Positions 62,279 through 64,000 of a stretch of DNA of 64,000 bases are shown in pieces (position 1 is the first letter of the stretch; every line of letters begins with the position of its first letter). The position numbers and the translations under genes were made by a program. The DNA is taken from positions 252,013 to 316,012 of IMG/VR virus record IMGVR_UViG_3300021197_001489, one strand, 5' to 3'. The notes under the pieces are model-generated. The model made no database searches. It saw nothing but the letters and a program-made list of their open reading frames with translations, and was not told the origin of the DNA.

Positions 62279-62324
62279 ACACTACTTGGCATGGTACAAA
62301 CAACTACGCAAGCAGTACGGAGTC

Positions 62325-62354
62325 TTGACATCCTTAGGGGCTTTCCTATATAAT
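62325..62354 (+). promoter_or_regulatory. Sigma70-like promoter for the clamp loader
   Basis: TTGACA-N18-TATAAT. Confidence 0.7.
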
Positions 62355-62386
62355 GCCAAGCACTACAACTTAGATGGAAGTTACAA

Positions 62387-63304
62387 ATGAAACAATTGTG
62401 GACTGAAAAGTATCGCCCTAAAGACATTGACGGCTATGTGTTTCGCGACAATGAACAAAAGTCACAGGTAAAAAGTTGGATTGATTCAGGTGCTATTCCG
62501 CACTTGTTGTTTAGTGGTGCGCCTGGTGTTGGCAAAACAACACTGGCAAAGATCTTGATCAATCAGTTGGAAATTGACAGCTATGATGTGTTAGAAATTA
62601 ACGCATCAAGAGAAAATTCCATTGACACTATTCGTGACAAGATCACAGGCTTTGTGCAAACCATGCCATTTGGTGATTTCAAGGTTGTACTACTGGATGA
62701 GGCTGATTATATCTCACCAAACGGACAAGCAGCATTGCGTGGTGTGATGGAAACGTATCATGCAAGTGCTAGGTTTATACTGACTTGCAACTATCCCAAC
62801 AGAGTAATTCCTGCACTGCATTCACGTTGCCAAGGCTTCCACATTGAACGTGTTGACCTAACAGAGTTTACTGCAAGAGTTGCAACTGTGTTGGTAGAAG
62901 AAGGTGTTGAATTTGATCTTGACACACTGGACACTTATGTAAGAAGCACATATCCAGATTTGCGTAAATGCTTAAATCTGTGTCAAATGAATTCGCAGGA
63001 TAGTAAACTGGCCAAGCCCAAGGGTGATGAAGGTGCAAGTGCAGACTGGCGCATCAGTGCAGTTGAACTGTTTAAAGCAGGCAAAATCATTGAAGCAAGG
63101 AAGTTAATGTGCAGCACAGTGCGTCCAGAAGAAATGGAAGATGTGTTTCGCTGGATGTATGACAACTTGGAACTGTTTTCGGACTCACAAGAAGGACAAG
63201 ACAGTGCTATTGTGATTATTAAAAATGGCTTGGTCAATCACAGTTTTGTGGCAGATCCTGAGATCAATCTAAGTGCAACAATGGTAGAACTAGCGCAGAT
63301 TTAG
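62387..63304 (+). CDS. Sliding-clamp loader subunit (RFC-small/T4 gp44-like)
   Basis: WTEKYRP, GAPGVGKTT, LEINAS, LLDEAD, FILTCNY, SRC motif. Confidence 0.93.
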   Translation: MKQLWTEKYRPKDIDGYVFRDNEQKSQVKSWIDSGAIPHLLFSGAPGVGKTTLAKILINQLEIDSYDVLEINASRENSIDTIRDKITGFVQTMPFGDFKVVLLDEADYISPNGQAALRGVMETYHASARFILTCNYPNRVIPALHSRCQGFHIERVDLTEFTARVATVLVEEGVEFDLDTLDTYVRSTYPDLRKCLNLCQMNSQDSKLAKPKGDEGASADWRISAVELFKAGKIIEARKLMCSTVRPEEMEDVFRWMYDNLELFSDSQEGQDSAIVIIKNGLVNHSFVADPEINLSATMVELAQI

Positions 63305-63305
63305 G

Positions 63306-63334
63306 TTGACAACTGCTCTTGTATATGTTATAAT
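63306..63334 (+). promoter_or_regulatory. Sigma70-like promoter
   Basis: TTGACA-N17-TATAAT with TG extension. Confidence 0.82.
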
Positions 63335-63362
63335 AAAGCATAATAAGAAAACAGGAGCATAA

Positions 63363-63950
63363 ATGAAATATCAAAAAACAATACTCACAGATGTCGATGG
63401 CGTACTATTAGACTGGGAGTGGGCCTTTAACGTCTGGATGCAAGAACACGGATTCGAACTTACTGATGGTTATCAGTATGAATACGATATGTCTCTACGC
63501 TATGGTATTAGCAAGGAGCAAGTTCGCAAACTGATACGCACCTTTAATGAAAGTGCTGCGATAGGCTTCCTCCCGGTCTTGCGTGATGCCATGTACTGGG
63601 TCAAAAGACTGCACGAGCAACATGGTTTTACATTTCACTGTATTACCAGTCTCAGCCTTGACCAAAATGCAGGCAAACTGCGTGAAATGAATCTTCAAAA
63701 AATGTTTGGTAAAACTGCTTTTTCTAAAGTTCTGTGCTTGGACACAGGCGCAGACAAGCATGATGCACTTCGTGAGTACAATAACTCAGGATGTTGGTGG
63801 ATTGAAGACAAACCAGAAAACGCGGATGTTGGACTTGAGTATGGATTGAAGCCATTACTTATGGAACACGGTCACAACATGATGGCTGATGTTCACTATC
63901 CCATTGTAAAGAATTGGGAAGATATCTACAGACTTGTAACAAAACTTTAA
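63363..63950 (+). CDS. HAD-superfamily 5'(3')-deoxyribonucleotidase-like protein
   Basis: ILTDVDGVL, CITS, GADK, WIEDK. Confidence 0.88.
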   Translation: MKYQKTILTDVDGVLLDWEWAFNVWMQEHGFELTDGYQYEYDMSLRYGISKEQVRKLIRTFNESAAIGFLPVLRDAMYWVKRLHEQHGFTFHCITSLSLDQNAGKLREMNLQKMFGKTAFSKVLCLDTGADKHDALREYNNSGCWWIEDKPENADVGLEYGLKPLLMEHGHNMMADVHYPIVKNWEDIYRLVTKL

Positions 63951-64000
63951 TATTCTATCTAACGCTCTTTTGTAAATAATAGTCTAATGTGAGCGACGGG

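Noticed and set aside
1-64000. Alternative genetic code (stop-codon reassignment)
   Set aside because: Recognisable proteins are full length in code 11, and TAA, TAG and TGA all end genes at tight junctions.
1-64000. tRNA, rRNA, CRISPR array, transposase or integrase
   Set aside because: No cloverleaf/T-arm signature, repeat-spacer array or recombinase motif was seen by eye; a tRNAscan-SE or CRISPR finder run would be the definitive check.
63951-64000. 3' end of a minus-strand gene entering from the right edge
   Set aside because: Two minus-strand frames are open for only 13-14 codons; too short to call.

Overview
A 64-kb, gene-dense segment of a large T4-like/jumbo myophage read in the standard genetic code. 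The host is most likely a marine alphaproteobacterium (inferred from the porin, lipoprotein-autotransporter, FdxA and TctA/TctC genes). Core phage genes: ATP-dependent DNA ligase, RFC/gp44-type clamp loader, a stand-alone DnaE fragment, MazG, a HAD nucleotidase, tail-fibre/baseplate proteins and a SleB-like hydrolase. Host-like accessory genes: ClpX, ClpS, Hsp20, GroES, IF-1, an Hc1-like protein, ferredoxin, Fpr, Fe/Mn-SOD, IscA, UvsE and a porin. Two enzyme islands are present. The first (15.5-20.7 kb) has a methyltransferase, sulfotransferase, GT-like protein, nucleotide-sugar dehydrogenase, oxygenase and amidinotransferase. The second (32.2-39.9 kb, minus strand) places tctA/tctC among methyltransferases, sulfotransferase-like proteins, an APS-kinase-like protein and a HIGH nucleotidyltransferase. 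Two promoter classes are visible: sigma70-like early promoters, three sharing an identical 33-nt cassette, and TAA[A/G]TA late promoters. Most notable observations: a ~400-aa class-3 lipase domain inserted in frame in the baseplate-wedge protein; a possible phage sulfation (PAPS) pathway coupled to a tripartite transporter; a structured leader with three G-NAAAGA-C hairpins before four tiny ORFs; a hairpin that hides the mazG RBS only in read-through RNA; a ROSE-like thermometer before hsp20; and a DnaE fragment ending just before its catalytic aspartates. No tRNA, rRNA, CRISPR array or transposase was seen. All family calls are from motif recognition by eye; no database search was run.
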